Assembly (NCBI GenBank): GCA_036918135.1
Contig: JBALDB010000038.1
Span: 1 to 64,000 of the forward strand
DNA length: 64,000 nucleotides
Source: Nostoc sp.
GTDB lineage: Bacteria > Cyanobacteriota > Cyanobacteriia > Cyanobacteriales > Nostocaceae
Reading direction: 5' to 3'
Program-made: the position numbers and the translations under genes
Notes under the pieces: model-generated
Told to the model about the DNA's origin: nothing
Database searches by the model: none
What the model saw: only the letters and a program-made list of their open reading frames with translations
In this document: one piece after another, positions 11,403 through 22,139 of the stretch
Layout: each line of letters begins with the position of its first letter
Numbering within the stretch: position 1 is the first letter of the stretch

Positions 11403-12539
11403 GTGGCTAATCAAGAAGACAACGCCCAATCCTTGGCGCGAACTATTTTATATCAATTGGGTGTAGAACTCAAAGCACGCTTTACCAGCTTTGGTGGTTG
11501 GGAAATGCCAGTCCAATATAGTGGCATTAGCCGCGAACACGAAGCTGTAAGAAATACAGCCGGTATGTTCGATATTTCCCACATGGGCAAATTTACTCTC
11601 CAAGGTAAAAACCTAATATCCCAACTCCAGTTTTTAGTACCCTCAGACTTGAGTAGGTTGCAACCTGGTCAAGCACAATACACGGTGTTGTTAAATCCCC
11701 AAGGAGGAATTGTTGACGACATCATTATTTATTATCAAGGTGAAGATGCCATTGGTGTACAAAAGGCTTTTATTATAGTCAATGCATCAACTACTGCTAA
11801 AGACAAAGTATGGTTATTGCAATATCTTGACCAAAATCAGTTGCAATTCCAAGACCTTTCACTAGAAAAAGCCTTAATTGCCGTGCAAGGGCCAAAAGCT
11901 ATTATATATCTCCAACCTTTAGTACAACAAGACTTACAACCAATCAAAGCATTCGGCCATCTCCAAGCAACGGTATTGGGTAAACCAGCCTTCATAGCCC
12001 GCACAGGTTACACCGGAGAAGATGGCTTTGAAGTAATGATAGATCGTGATGTGGCAGTAGAATTGTGGCAAAGTCTCCATGATGCTGGCGTCATTTCCTG
12101 TGGACTCGGTGCAAGAGATACCCTGCGGTTAGAAGCAGCAATGGCACTTTACGGACAAGACATTGACGACACCACCACACCCTTAGAAGCAGGTTTGGGC
12201 TGGCTAGTTCACCTAGATACCACAGGTGATTTTATTGGTCGGGCAGTTTTAGAACAGCAAAAAGCTGTGGGAGTGCAGCGGCGCTTGGTAGGTTTACAAA
12301 CCCAAGGACGCAACATTGCTCGTCATGGCTACCAAATTCTCTCAGCAAGTAAAGTAGTCGGAGAAGTCACCAGCGGTACTTTGTCCCCCACACTTGGTTA
12401 TCCCATCGCTTTAGCCTACGTTCCCACACAGTTAGCAACTGTTAGTCAGCAATTAGAAGTTGAAATTCGTGGCAAAGCTTACCCAGCAGTTGTAGTTAAA
12501 CGTCCCTTCTATCGGTCAAAAAATCGTGTCACTAACTGA
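11403..12539 (+). CDS. gcvT: Glycine cleavage T protein
   Basis: FGGWEMPVQY, FDISHMG, RTGYTGEDGFE, GLGARDTLRLEA. Confidence 0.96.
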   Translation: MANQEDNAQSLARTILYQLGVELKARFTSFGGWEMPVQYSGISREHEAVRNTAGMFDISHMGKFTLQGKNLISQLQFLVPSDLSRLQPGQAQYTVLLNPQGGIVDDIIIYYQGEDAIGVQKAFIIVNASTTAKDKVWLLQYLDQNQLQFQDLSLEKALIAVQGPKAIIYLQPLVQQDLQPIKAFGHLQATVLGKPAFIARTGYTGEDGFEVMIDRDVAVELWQSLHDAGVISCGLGARDTLRLEAAMALYGQDIDDTTTPLEAGLGWLVHLDTTGDFIGRAVLEQQKAVGVQRRLVGLQTQGRNIARHGYQILSASKVVGEVTSGTLSPTLGYPIALAYVPTQLATVSQQLEVEIRGKAYPAVVVKRPFYRSKNRVTN

Positions 12540-12742
12540 TAAGTGCTGAGGTTTTTAAGGAATAATGTGTTTTCAGTGGTGCCCAGTTCTGAGTACCAAG
12601 TCAAGAGGTGAAAATTTTATTTTTTCACTCATTGCTCAGCACCGCTTCTGTGAGTTATTCAATCTATAGTAAGGTTCGTTACCAAATATGACTTGGATGA
12701 CTGTTAAGGCAATTAATTGTTTGATAAGGGAGAGGAAGTGAT

Positions 12743-13132
12743 ATGTCTTTTGAATATCCTCAAGATTTTAGATATCTGGATTCTCATGAATACGTGCGAT
12801 TAGATGGCGAAATTGCCACCATTGGTATTACTGAGTTTGCTGTAGACCAATTGGGTGATATCGTGTTTTTGGAACTACCAGAAATTGGTGATTTAGTGAC
12901 AAAGGGAGATAGATTTGGCACTATTGAATCAGTGAAAGCCGTTGAAGAATTAAATTCACCTGTGACTGGCACAGTCGTAGAACGCAATGATGCTTTGATT
13001 GACGAGCCGGAACAAATATCAGATGACCCTTATGGAGAAGGATGGTTTTTAAAAGTACGTGTCAATGACGCTGATGAAGTTAATGATGCCTTGACTGCCG
13101 ATGAATACCGCGCTCAGGTAGAAGGCGAGTAG
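12743..13132 (+). CDS. gcvH: Glycine cleavage H protein
   Basis: ESVKA lipoyl-lysine motif, DPYGEGW. Confidence 0.96.
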   Translation: MSFEYPQDFRYLDSHEYVRLDGEIATIGITEFAVDQLGDIVFLELPEIGDLVTKGDRFGTIESVKAVEELNSPVTGTVVERNDALIDEPEQISDDPYGEGWFLKVRVNDADEVNDALTADEYRAQVEGE

Positions 13133-13342
13133 GGACTGGGGAATGGGGCTGGAAGTGTTGACTGTTGACTGAGGAGTTAGGAGTTATTCTCTCCTTTGCT
13201 GCCGTGCCCCTATCCTCTTGATGGCTCTCCAGCAAGCCCTAAGTTATGAAATTTAGATAATTTAAATAAATTGATAAATTACACTTACCTGTCATCAGTA
13301 TTTGTTGCAAAATATTAAATAGCACCATTTGGAGAGTAATTT

Positions 13343-16282
13343 GTGGTATCACATCTCCCTATTCTCAAGTCTAGCGATCGCCATCTGCTAGACGAAACGA
13401 GCGAACATTTAAGTAATTTTGCACCAAGACACATTGGCCCTAACTTTGATGACATCCAGCAAATGCTCGAAGTTTTGGAATTTTCTAGCTTAGATGCCCT
13501 AATTGAGCAAACAGTACCGAAGACAATTCGGCTCAAACAATCGCTAAAGTTACCACAAGCAGAAAGTGAATACGCAGCACTAGCATTGTTAAAAAAAGTT
13601 GCTGCCAAAAATCAAGTTTTCCGCTCATATATTGGTATGGGATACTACGACAGTATTACCCCTCCAGTCATTGGGCGTAATATCCTAGAAAACCCTGGTT
13701 GGTATACTGCTTACACTCCTTATCAGCCAGAAATTGCCCAAGGACGATTAGAAGCACTACTGAATTTCCAAACGATGATTATCGACCTCACAGGTTTGGA
13801 AATTGCCAATGCTTCGTTACTGGATGAAGCTACAGCCGCCGCAGAAGCGATGAGCCTCAGCTATGGCGTTTCTAAAAATAAGGCAAATAGCTATTTTGTT
13901 TCTCGTGATTGCCATCCGCAAACCATTGATGTGTTGCAGACTCGCGCTAAACCGTTAGGCATTGACATTATTATTGGCGATAGTCAAACATTTGATTTCG
14001 AGGAACCAATTTTTGGTGCTGTTCTGCAATACCCAGCAAGTGATGGCACGATTTACGATTACCGCGCTTTTATTGAAAAAGCCCATGCTCAGGGTGCATT
14101 GGTGACGGTAGCAGCAGATCCCTTAAGTTTAACTTTATTAACCCCTCCTGGGGAATTTGGTGCTGACATTGCTGTAGGCAGTACCCAACGCTTCGGTATT
14201 CCCTTGGGGTTTGGGGGACCTCATGCGGCATACTTTGCAACCAAACAAGAGCATAAGCGGTTAGTTCCAGGGCGAATTGTTGGAGTATCAAAAGATGCTC
14301 AAGGGAAGCCTGCATTGCGTCTGGCCTTACAAACCCGCGAGCAACATATCCGCCGCGAAAAAGCTACTAGTAATATCTGCACTGCACAGGTGTTACTGGC
14401 GGTGATGGCGAGTATGTACGCCGTTTATCATGGCCCAGAGGGACTGAAGAAGATTGCCGAAAGGATACATGACAAAACTTCAATTTTGGCAGAGTGGTTA
14501 CAGCGACTAGGTTATAACATCAGTTCCAAATTATTCTTTGATACACTGCGCGTAGAGTTGGGAACCAAACCCCTGCAAGAAATTCTAGAAGCTGCTCAAG
14601 CTTATCAAATTAACTTGCGTATTTTTGATAATTCTACTATAGGTATTTCGTTGGACGAAACAACTACATTTGAAGATGTTAAAGATATATGCCGGATTTT
14701 TGCAGGTACAGATGAGCTAGATGAGCTACCATTTGTTTTGAATGTCCAGGAGATGGATTGGATAATTCAACAATCGCGCTTAAAAGAGAAACCCTTCAGC
14801 CGCCAAAGCACCTATCTGACTCATGCAGTTTTTAACCGTTATCATTCAGAAACAGAGTTATTGCGCTATCTCCACAGGCTAGAAACCAAAGATTTATCGC
14901 TAACTACATCGATGATTCCCTTGGGTTCTTGCACAATGAAGTTGAATGCGACTGCTGAGATGATTCCAGTATCTTGGGAACAATTTGGCAAGATTCATCC
15001 TTTTGCTCCGGCGTCGCAAACTCAAGGTTATCAAATTTTGTTTGGGCAGCTTGAAGGATGGTTAGCTGAAATTACTGGTTTTGCAGGAATTTCTCTACAA
15101 CCAAATGCGGGTTCTCAAGGTGAATACGCTGGACTTTTAGTAATTCGTCAATATCACGAAAGTCGCAAAGAAGGACATCGTAACGTCTGTTTGATTCCTA
15201 CCTCAGCGCATGGGACAAACCCAGCAAGTGCGGTGATGTGTGGCATGAAGGTAGTAGCAGTTGCCTGTGATTCCCAGGGTAACATTGATGTTAATGACTT
15301 GAAAGCTAAGGTAGAAAAACACAAGCTAGAACTCGCCGCCTTAATGGTGACATATCCCTCGACTCATGGTGTTTTTGAGGAGGCAATTCAGGAAATCTGT
15401 GCAGTTGTTCATGCCCACGGTGGACAAGTTTACATGGATGGGGCAAATATGAATGCCCAAGTAGGAATTTGCCGTCCTGGGGATATTGGTGCGGATGTCT
15501 GTCACTTAAACTTGCACAAAACTTTCTGTATTCCTCACGGTGGTGGCGGCCCTGGTATGGGGCCTATTGGCGTTGCTTCTCATCTTGTACCGTTCCTACC
15601 CGGACATCCTGTTGTCACTATCGACAAGTCAGCTGGGAAATCTCATCTTGGTGCGGTGGCGGCTGCACCTTGGGGTAGTGCGAGTATTTTGGTGATTTCT
15701 TGGATGTACATTGCAATGATGGGTACAGCTGGTTTGACCCAAGCAACGAAAGTGGCAATTCTCAATGCTAACTACATCGCCAAGAGACTTGAATCTTACT
15801 ATCCAGTTTTATATCAAGGGAAAAATGGTTTAGTTGCCCATGAATGTATTTTAGATTTGCGATCGCTCAAAAAATCTGCGGCGATCGAAATTGATGATGT
15901 TGCTAAGCGTTTGATGGATTATGGTTTCCATGCGCCGACTGTCTCCTGGCCTGTGGGGGGTACAATCATGGTGGAACCAACAGAAAGCGAATCAAAACAA
16001 GAATTAGATCGTTTCTGTGATGCGTTGATTGCTATTCGTCAAGAAATTGCCGAAATCGAATCAGGCAAGGTGGATGTCCAAGATAATCTTTTGAAGAACG
16101 CACCTCATACTGCTGAAAGTCTGATTAGTGGAGAATGGCATCATCCCTATTCTCGCGAACAAGCTGCCTACCCTGCGCCTTGGACTCGCGAATATAAATT
16201 CTGGCCTGCTGTTGGTCGCATTGATGCAGCTTTTGGTGACAGGAATTTTGTTTGCTCCTGTCTGCCAATGGATGCTTATTAA
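13343..16282 (+). CDS. gcvP: Glycine dehydrogenase (decarboxylating)
   Basis: [22 protein letters not shown]-lysine, GDRNFVCSC. Confidence 0.97.
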   Translation: MVSHLPILKSSDRHLLDETSEHLSNFAPRHIGPNFDDIQQMLEVLEFSSLDALIEQTVPKTIRLKQSLKLPQAESEYAALALLKKVAAKNQVFRSYIGMGYYDSITPPVIGRNILENPGWYTAYTPYQPEIAQGRLEALLNFQTMIIDLTGLEIANASLLDEATAAAEAMSLSYGVSKNKANSYFVSRDCHPQTIDVLQTRAKPLGIDIIIGDSQTFDFEEPIFGAVLQYPASDGTIYDYRAFIEKAHAQGALVTVAADPLSLTLLTPPGEFGADIAVGSTQRFGIPLGFGGPHAAYFATKQEHKRLVPGRIVGVSKDAQGKPALRLALQTREQHIRREKATSNICTAQVLLAVMASMYAVYHGPEGLKKIAERIHDKTSILAEWLQRLGYNISSKLFFDTLRVELGTKPLQEILEAAQAYQINLRIFDNSTIGISLDETTTFEDVKDICRIFAGTDELDELPFVLNVQEMDWIIQQSRLKEKPFSRQSTYLTHAVFNRYHSETELLRYLHRLETKDLSLTTSMIPLGSCTMKLNATAEMIPVSWEQFGKIHPFAPASQTQGYQILFGQLEGWLAEITGFAGISLQPNAGSQGEYAGLLVIRQYHESRKEGHRNVCLIPTSAHGTNPASAVMCGMKVVAVACDSQGNIDVNDLKAKVEKHKLELAALMVTYPSTHGVFEEAIQEICAVVHAHGGQVYMDGANMNAQVGICRPGDIGADVCHLNLHKTFCIPHGGGGPGMGPIGVASHLVPFLPGHPVVTIDKSAGKSHLGAVAAAPWGSASILVISWMYIAMMGTAGLTQATKVAILNANYIAKRLESYYPVLYQGKNGLVAHECILDLRSLKKSAAIEIDDVAKRLMDYGFHAPTVSWPVGGTIMVEPTESESKQELDRFCDALIAIRQEIAEIESGKVDVQDNLLKNAPHTAESLISGEWHHPYSREQAAYPAPWTREYKFWPAVGRIDAAFGDRNFVCSCLPMDAY

Positions 16283-16298
16283 GTAGTAAGTGATAGAG

Positions 16299-17183
16299 TT
16301 AGGAATTAAAACTCCTAACTCTTAACTCTTCTAATTCTTCTTTAAGAGATAAAGGCTGATACCCCAATGCAAATGCTTTAGAACTATCTAAAGAAACATC
16401 TGCAGGTCTAGGTGCTGGCATTTTCACCTCTTGTTGTCGACAGGCTTTAATTTCAGTAGGCGGTAGTTGAAATACCTCAGCTAATAGCCGACCAAAATCA
16501 TAGCGTGACATTCGCTCTTTTCCACCTAAGTGAATAATACCACTGACTTTTTCTAATGCTAATAATAATCCTTTTGCCGCAGTTGTTCCACTTACTGGGG
16601 TGCGGAATTCATCAATAAATAAATTTAGTTCTTTTCTATCTTTTAAAGTTTGAATAAATGGTTGTATAAAACTTTTTGCTGTAGGTGTTGCTGCACCAAA
16701 CATTAAAGGCATTCGGCAGACTGCGGTCATGGGATATCGCTCTAGCATACCTGCTTCAGCTAAAGCTTTTTGCTCGCCGTAAATGTTTACAGGACAGACA
16801 GAATCAGTTTCGCAATAAGGAGCATTTAAACCATCAAAAACTAAATCGGTTGAAGTAAAAGCACAAGGAATAGAATTATCCGCACAAAGTCCGGCAAGAT
16901 TGCACGATGCTGTGACATTAATTGCGTGAGATTCTTCAGGGTGAGTTTGACAAAAGTTTGGTTGTGACTGGGCAGCTGTATGAATAACTGCTGCTGGTTT
17001 GATAGTACTAAATATGCACTGCAATTCTTGAAAATCTGTTAAATTAACTTTTAATATTTTAACGCCATGAATTTCTATAGGATGGGATAAATAAGTACTA
17101 TAAATTTCCCATTCTTGTTTTGCAAGCTGGCAAAGATGCCATCCTAAAAAACCACTGGCTCCAGTGATTAATAATCTTTTCAT
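16299..17183 (-). CDS. RmlD-like NAD(P)-dependent oxidoreductase
   Basis: ITGASGFLG, STDLVFDG, YGEQK, PRP. Confidence 0.85.
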   Translation of the reverse strand: MKRLLITGASGFLGWHLCQLAKQEWEIYSTYLSHPIEIHGVKILKVNLTDFQELQCIFSTIKPAAVIHTAAQSQPNFCQTHPEESHAINVTASCNLAGLCADNSIPCAFTSTDLVFDGLNAPYCETDSVCPVNIYGEQKALAEAGMLERYPMTAVCRMPLMFGAATPTAKSFIQPFIQTLKDRKELNLFIDEFRTPVSGTTAAKGLLLALEKVSGIIHLGGKERMSRYDFGRLLAEVFQLPPTEIKACRQQEVKMPAPRPADVSLDSSKAFALGYQPLSLKEELEELRVRSFNS

Positions 17184-17214
17184 GTTTCATTGAATGAAGC
17201 AATGCTTATGGGAA

Positions 17215-17769
17215 TTACCAAAATCTGTTGCTTTGGAACTGAAACCGCCCAAATCCAAGAAATTGACCGTGGGATTTCTCACCAACTGGAAATGCTGTAA
17301 CACCGAGTAAGTAAACACCAGAAAAACTGGGGTTACTTACAGGGCGGAGGGCAATTGTAACTGTTTGTCCTGGAGTCACAGGTGGGTCAAAGTTCACAGT
17401 AATTGTGCGTGTTTTGCGTTCTCTGGTGACTGGGCCTAGTGTTAATTTTGCTCCTTTGCGATTGCGTGTTCCCACAAATGCACGGGTATCATCAAGATGG
17501 TACCGGATATTCTCTGCTCCTTCACGTTGAGCGATCGCTACCTTCCCAAGAGATTCTCCAGCATTTTCCGGCATATTGATAGTAAAATAGTAAGTCCCGC
17601 CCGGAATATTTACATCTTTGTAAATAGTTACCGCCTCAACCAGTTTCGGTGGTTGGACAAAATAGACTGTACCATCTGCAAGTTGCACTGCTTGAGTCAC
17701 TGGAACAGTAACTTCTCCAATACCAATTGCTAAAGAAAGTGTTATGCCAAACAAAGTTGCAACGCGCAT
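17215..17769 (-). CDS. Exported cyanobacterial protein (DUF2808-like)
   Basis: Signal peptide; FDPPVTPGQTVTIAL..NP..SGVYL.GVTAFP. Confidence 0.7.
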   Translation of the reverse strand: MRVATLFGITLSLAIGIGEVTVPVTQAVQLADGTVYFVQPPKLVEAVTIYKDVNIPGGTYYFTINMPENAGESLGKVAIAQREGAENIRYHLDDTRAFVGTRNRKGAKLTLGPVTRERKTRTITVNFDPPVTPGQTVTIALRPVSNPSFSGVYLLGVTAFPVGEKSHGQFLGFGRFQFQSNRFW

Positions 17770-17823
17770 CTTCGGATATAGATTATTTAAATAAACAAAA
17801 GTCTTAATTTAGTAAAAAACACC

Positions 17824-18261
17824 TTATTTCAATTCTAATTCTTTAGGTATAAGTGACTTAGGAATGATAGAAGCTTGTTTTTCTAAATCAGAAGGTTTCG
17901 TGTACCACCAAGCCCAAGCAATTAAAACTGCTTGTAAAGGAAGTCTGACTACCTGTACCCAAGGTGAATCTGGTATATGTTCCAGCTTAATATGATTAAC
18001 CGCCATATTAATATTGGCAGGGAATACCGCAATAAAAAGAGCAATAAGTCCCCAAGCAGCAGCTTGACTTACAGGCGGGACTAATAACCCAATACCACCC
18101 AAAATTTCATAAAAACCACTCAGATAAACTAATCCCAAAGGGTAAGGAAGTTGTGGTGGCATAATTTTCACATACGGTTCTGGAATCAGAAAGTGTGTTA
18201 CTCCAACCACAATAATCGATATAGCAAGGATGACACGTAACAGTTCCTTTTGCTTACTCAT
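17824..18261 (-). CDS. DoxX-like membrane protein
   Basis: GVTHF..P, SGFYEILGG, AVFPANI, RLPLQ. Confidence 0.8.
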   Translation of the reverse strand: MSKQKELLRVILAISIIVVGVTHFLIPEPYVKIMPPQLPYPLGLVYLSGFYEILGGIGLLVPPVSQAAAWGLIALFIAVFPANINMAVNHIKLEHIPDSPWVQVVRLPLQAVLIAWAWWYTKPSDLEKQASIIPKSLIPKELELK

Positions 18262-18535
18262 GAGTTTTGCCTGATTATATACTTGTGTCTATTACTTCAG
18301 TTTGACTGAATAAATGCTAATCTGCCTTGATTCAATAGGAAGAAAATAGCATTTGTCAATTATCCTCTCTTAGAAAGTTCTAAGCAGAGGTTTCCTCCGC
18401 TCAACGCCACTTGCTTTCCGACGCAGGGCGACAGGAATGCAGTGGCTTGACTTTGCGCTTTGTCATTTGTAAACAACCAATAGACTTGTTATATAAGTCT
18501 TGTTTGCATTCTCTTCTGTGCGTCAGACAAAAAAC

Positions 18536-20704
18536 ATGACCAATACCTACAGCCGACTCGCACCTTTCATTCAAGAATATATTTATCATCACCAGTGGAC
18601 TGAATTACGACCAGTGCAAATTGCTGCTTGCCAAGTGATATTTGACACTGATGCTCACTTGCTAGTTGCTGCTGCAACTGCTGCGGGTAAAACAGAAGCA
18701 GCCTTTCTCCCAGTTTTGACTTTATTACACACCTACCCTACTACTACTATAGGTGCATTATATATTAGTCCTATTAAAGCATTAATCAATGACCAATTTG
18801 AGCGTCTCAACGACTTACTCAAACAAGCAGATATTCCAGTTTGGCATTGGCACGGTGATGTTTCTCAAACTCGCAAAAACAAGCTTTTAAAAAATCCTCA
18901 AGGTATCCTACAAATTACACCAGAATCTTTAGAAAGTTTATTAATTAATAAAAATAACGACTTACTTCGCTTATTTGGTGATTTAAGGTTTGTGATTATT
19001 GATGAAATTCATGCATTTATGGGTTCAGAACGTGGTTGTCAAATAATTTGCCAATTACAACGTTTAGCTAAATTCACTCAAAAACAACCGCGCCGTATTG
19101 GTTTGTCAGCGACTCTCGGTAATTATTCCATAGCTGAAGAGTGGTTGCGTTCTGGAACTGATAAGTCAGTAATTACTCCCAAAATAGATGGAATAAAACG
19201 CCAAATCAAACTCGCCATCGAACATTTTTATATTAGTGATGAAATTGATGAATCTGAAGTGACAGCTGACGAAGAATATATTTTCAACCTTAGTAAGTCT
19301 CGCAAATGCCTAATATTTGCAAATAATCGCACGCGCACTGAATCTATAATTGCATCTTTACGAAAAATTGCTAGAGAACAAGGATTAGCAGATATATATC
19401 ATGTGCATCACGGGAGTATATCTGCTAGTTTGCGGCAAGCAGCGGAAAATGCCATGCGCGAACCCGACAATCCTGCTGTGACTGCTGCGACTTTGACTCT
19501 GGAATTAGGTATAGATATTGGTTATTTAGAGCGAGTAATTCAGTTAGAATCACCATTGTCTGTAGCTAGCTTTTTACAGCGTTTAGGACGCAGTGGTAGA
19601 AGAGGTGAAGCTGCTGATATGCGCTTTATTTGCACTGAAGAACAGCCATTATCGGAAGCTTCTCTACCAGAGCAAATACCTTGGCAACTTTTGCAGTCCA
19701 TCGCTATTATTCAACTTTATTTAGAGGAAAAATGGATTGAACCAATCAAACCCATTAAATATCCTTTAAGTTTACTTTATCATCAGACAATGAGTATTTT
19801 AACAGCAAGTGGAGAAATTTCACCTAATGCTTTAGCTAAACAAATTTTTAGTTTACCACCCTTTACTATGATTTCCCAAGAAGATTTTAAACTATTGCTA
19901 CATTATTTAATTGATATTGGTCATATTCAACATACCGAACAAGGTAAATTAATCCTGGGTTTGGCAGGAGAAAAGGTGGTAAGAAAATTTCAGTTTTATG
20001 CTGTGTTTGCCGAGCAACAAGAATATATCGTCAAGTATGGGACAACTGAAATTGGTAGTATTGCAGCGCCGATTCCTGTTGGTAATCAATTTGCTTTAGC
20101 TGGGAGAAGTTGGGAAGTTGTAGAAGTTGACTTCAAAAAAAGAGCTATTGTTGTCAAACAAGCTGAGGGTAAAGCTACTATTTATTGGCGTGGTAGTGGT
20201 GGCACTGTTCATACAAGAGTTTTGCAACGAATGCAGCAAGTTTTATTTGAAGATATTGAGTATAGCTATTTACAAAAGAATGCTATACAACGTTTACAGA
20301 CAGTTCGTCAATTAGTGCGGCAAGTGGGATTAGAGAAGCAGAATATTTTACAATTAGAAAAAGGTAAATGTTGCATTTTTCCTTGGTTGGGTACTGTCGG
20401 TTATCGCACTTTAGAAAGATTACTTAACTCTTTCTGTCGGGAATCGTTAGAAATTACAAGTATTGGTGGAGTAAGTCCTTATTATTTAATAATTAAATTA
20501 GGCAAGAATAAATTTAATTATCTTTCACGTAAAATTACTTCTTTATGCGAGCAAAGAATTAGCGCAGAAGATTTAGTTAGTAGTTCAGAAGCACCAGAAA
20601 TTCAAAAGTATGATAAATTTATTCCTCATCCACTTCTACGCAAGGCTTTTATTAATGATTATTTAGATATGGGAGAATTACGACAAGAAGTGGCAAAGTG
20701 GTAA
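18536..20704 (+). CDS. Lhr-like DEAD/DEAH SF2 helicase
   Basis: TAAGKTEAA, TPESLE, DEIH, SAT, HHGS, LELGIDIG, QRLGRSGRR; ATG at 18536. Confidence 0.9.
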   Translation: MTNTYSRLAPFIQEYIYHHQWTELRPVQIAACQVIFDTDAHLLVAAATAAGKTEAAFLPVLTLLHTYPTTTIGALYISPIKALINDQFERLNDLLKQADIPVWHWHGDVSQTRKNKLLKNPQGILQITPESLESLLINKNNDLLRLFGDLRFVIIDEIHAFMGSERGCQIICQLQRLAKFTQKQPRRIGLSATLGNYSIAEEWLRSGTDKSVITPKIDGIKRQIKLAIEHFYISDEIDESEVTADEEYIFNLSKSRKCLIFANNRTRTESIIASLRKIAREQGLADIYHVHHGSISASLRQAAENAMREPDNPAVTAATLTLELGIDIGYLERVIQLESPLSVASFLQRLGRSGRRGEAADMRFICTEEQPLSEASLPEQIPWQLLQSIAIIQLYLEEKWIEPIKPIKYPLSLLYHQTMSILTASGEISPNALAKQIFSLPPFTMISQEDFKLLLHYLIDIGHIQHTEQGKLILGLAGEKVVRKFQFYAVFAEQQEYIVKYGTTEIGSIAAPIPVGNQFALAGRSWEVVEVDFKKRAIVVKQAEGKATIYWRGSGGTVHTRVLQRMQQVLFEDIEYSYLQKNAIQRLQTVRQLVRQVGLEKQNILQLEKGKCCIFPWLGTVGYRTLERLLNSFCRESLEITSIGGVSPYYLIIKLGKNKFNYLSRKITSLCEQRISAEDLVSSSEAPEIQKYDKFIPHPLLRKAFINDYLDMGELRQEVAKW

Positions 20705-20974
20705 TAGTATTGTTAAAATTAAAAGCAAGTTTTAAAAGTGGTTGGTATTGCTTCAAATCTTGTATTTAACCAATATCTAGCCAATAAATAAATTTTTTAG
20801 CTAATAGCTCAAGTCTACTGAAATGGACTAAAATTTAATACTGTTCACTTAAGAAAATCTCTAAAATGTTGATTAATTCATGAGAAGAGTAGACTGTAAT
20901 TAATATTTACAAATTTATAATGTAGTGCTATGTGTCGGCTTGCGCTTCGCACCTCGATTGTGCAATTCTAGATA

Positions 20975-20993
20975 GATGCAAATATTTATCATC
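20975..20993. promoter_or_regulatory. Fur-box-like palindrome
   Basis: GATGCAAATATTTATCATC upstream of the AraC-TBDT pair. Confidence 0.5.
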
Positions 20994-21051
20994 TAAGCTA
21001 ATTGTTTAGCAGGTAGGATTAAAAATTTACCTGACTAAACCCACCCTTGCC

Positions 21052-22038
21052 ATGACTATCAAGATTTCGCCAGAAGCAATGAATGACCTGTTCAATGAAG
21101 TTGAAGCGACTCGACATCCAGACCCAGGTGATGCTTTAGATGTCATAACACAGTCTCCACCGTTCTTTGCCCAAGGCTACTGGCGTAATATTCAACTGCG
21201 GGATGGATTGAAGCTCTCGCTCGGCAATATACGAATGTGCGATCGCTTTCAAACAAATCATCCTGAAGCAAAAGCAGGCGGAATAGAGTATCATTTTCAC
21301 TTCTCTGGACAACATCAGGAGCGCTATCATAACGTTGGGGCAGGGCAATATGGCATCTCTGGCAGTGGGTTGTCTCTCAAAAATACAGTTAATTTTTCGG
21401 AGTGCCAGCCTTTTTTGGAGGTAGTAGTTTGGATGCGGGCAGATGTTTTGCGATCGTTTGTGGGTGATGCAGACGGACAACTGCCTGTAGCGCTGCAACA
21501 CCTAATTCGCCCGGTAGAGCAGGAGCTTTATAGCCGTGTTGGCACGGCAACCCCCGCCATGCAGACGGCAGCGCGGCAGATTTTGCACTGTCCGCGTCAG
21601 GGAATTGCCAAACGGATCTACCTGGAAGGCAAGGCATTGGAACTATTTGGACTGATGGCGGAAGCAGAAATTGCGCTCCATGATAGCAAGCCTCCTCACG
21701 CGCTGAAATCGGATACAGTGGATAGAATTCACTACGCTAGAGATATTTTATTGCAACGCCTGGAGTATCCCCCCACTCTTGCAGAACTGGCAAAGCTGGC
21801 AGGGTTAAATGAATATAGTTTGAAGCAGGGGTTTCGGCAGGTTTTTGGCAAAACAGTGTTTGGTTATTTACACGATTACAGCATGGAGCAGGCATGGCAA
21901 CTGTTGGAAGCGGGAGTTTGGAAAGTGGAAGAAGTTGCCTGCATGGTGGGTTATAGGAATCTTTGTGCTTTTAGTCGAGCATTTCGCAAGCAGTTTGGCA
22001 TCCGTCCAAAGGATTGTCTGGGAAAAAACTCCGTTTGA
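21052..22038 (+). CDS. AraC-family (PchR-like) regulator
   Basis: C-terminal double HTH (LAELAKLAGLNEYSLKQGFRQVFG; FSRAFRKQFG). Confidence 0.9.
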   Translation: MTIKISPEAMNDLFNEVEATRHPDPGDALDVITQSPPFFAQGYWRNIQLRDGLKLSLGNIRMCDRFQTNHPEAKAGGIEYHFHFSGQHQERYHNVGAGQYGISGSGLSLKNTVNFSECQPFLEVVVWMRADVLRSFVGDADGQLPVALQHLIRPVEQELYSRVGTATPAMQTAARQILHCPRQGIAKRIYLEGKALELFGLMAEAEIALHDSKPPHALKSDTVDRIHYARDILLQRLEYPPTLAELAKLAGLNEYSLKQGFRQVFGKTVFGYLHDYSMEQAWQLLEAGVWKVEEVACMVGYRNLCAFSRAFRKQFGIRPKDCLGKNSV

Positions 22039-22066
22039 GCAAAAAAGAAACTCCGTTTGAGCAAAA
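22026..22066 (+). promoter_or_regulatory. 19-bp perfect direct repeat, probable AraC binding site
   Basis: AAACTCCGTTTGAGCAAAA at 22026 and 22048 (22-bp period). Confidence 0.6.
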
Positions 22067-22139
22067 TTGCGATCGCCCAAGCGTTCCTCTTTCCCAGTAA
22101 GCTAACTGAGAAAGATTTTAGTTAATGCTAGTGTGAGTT

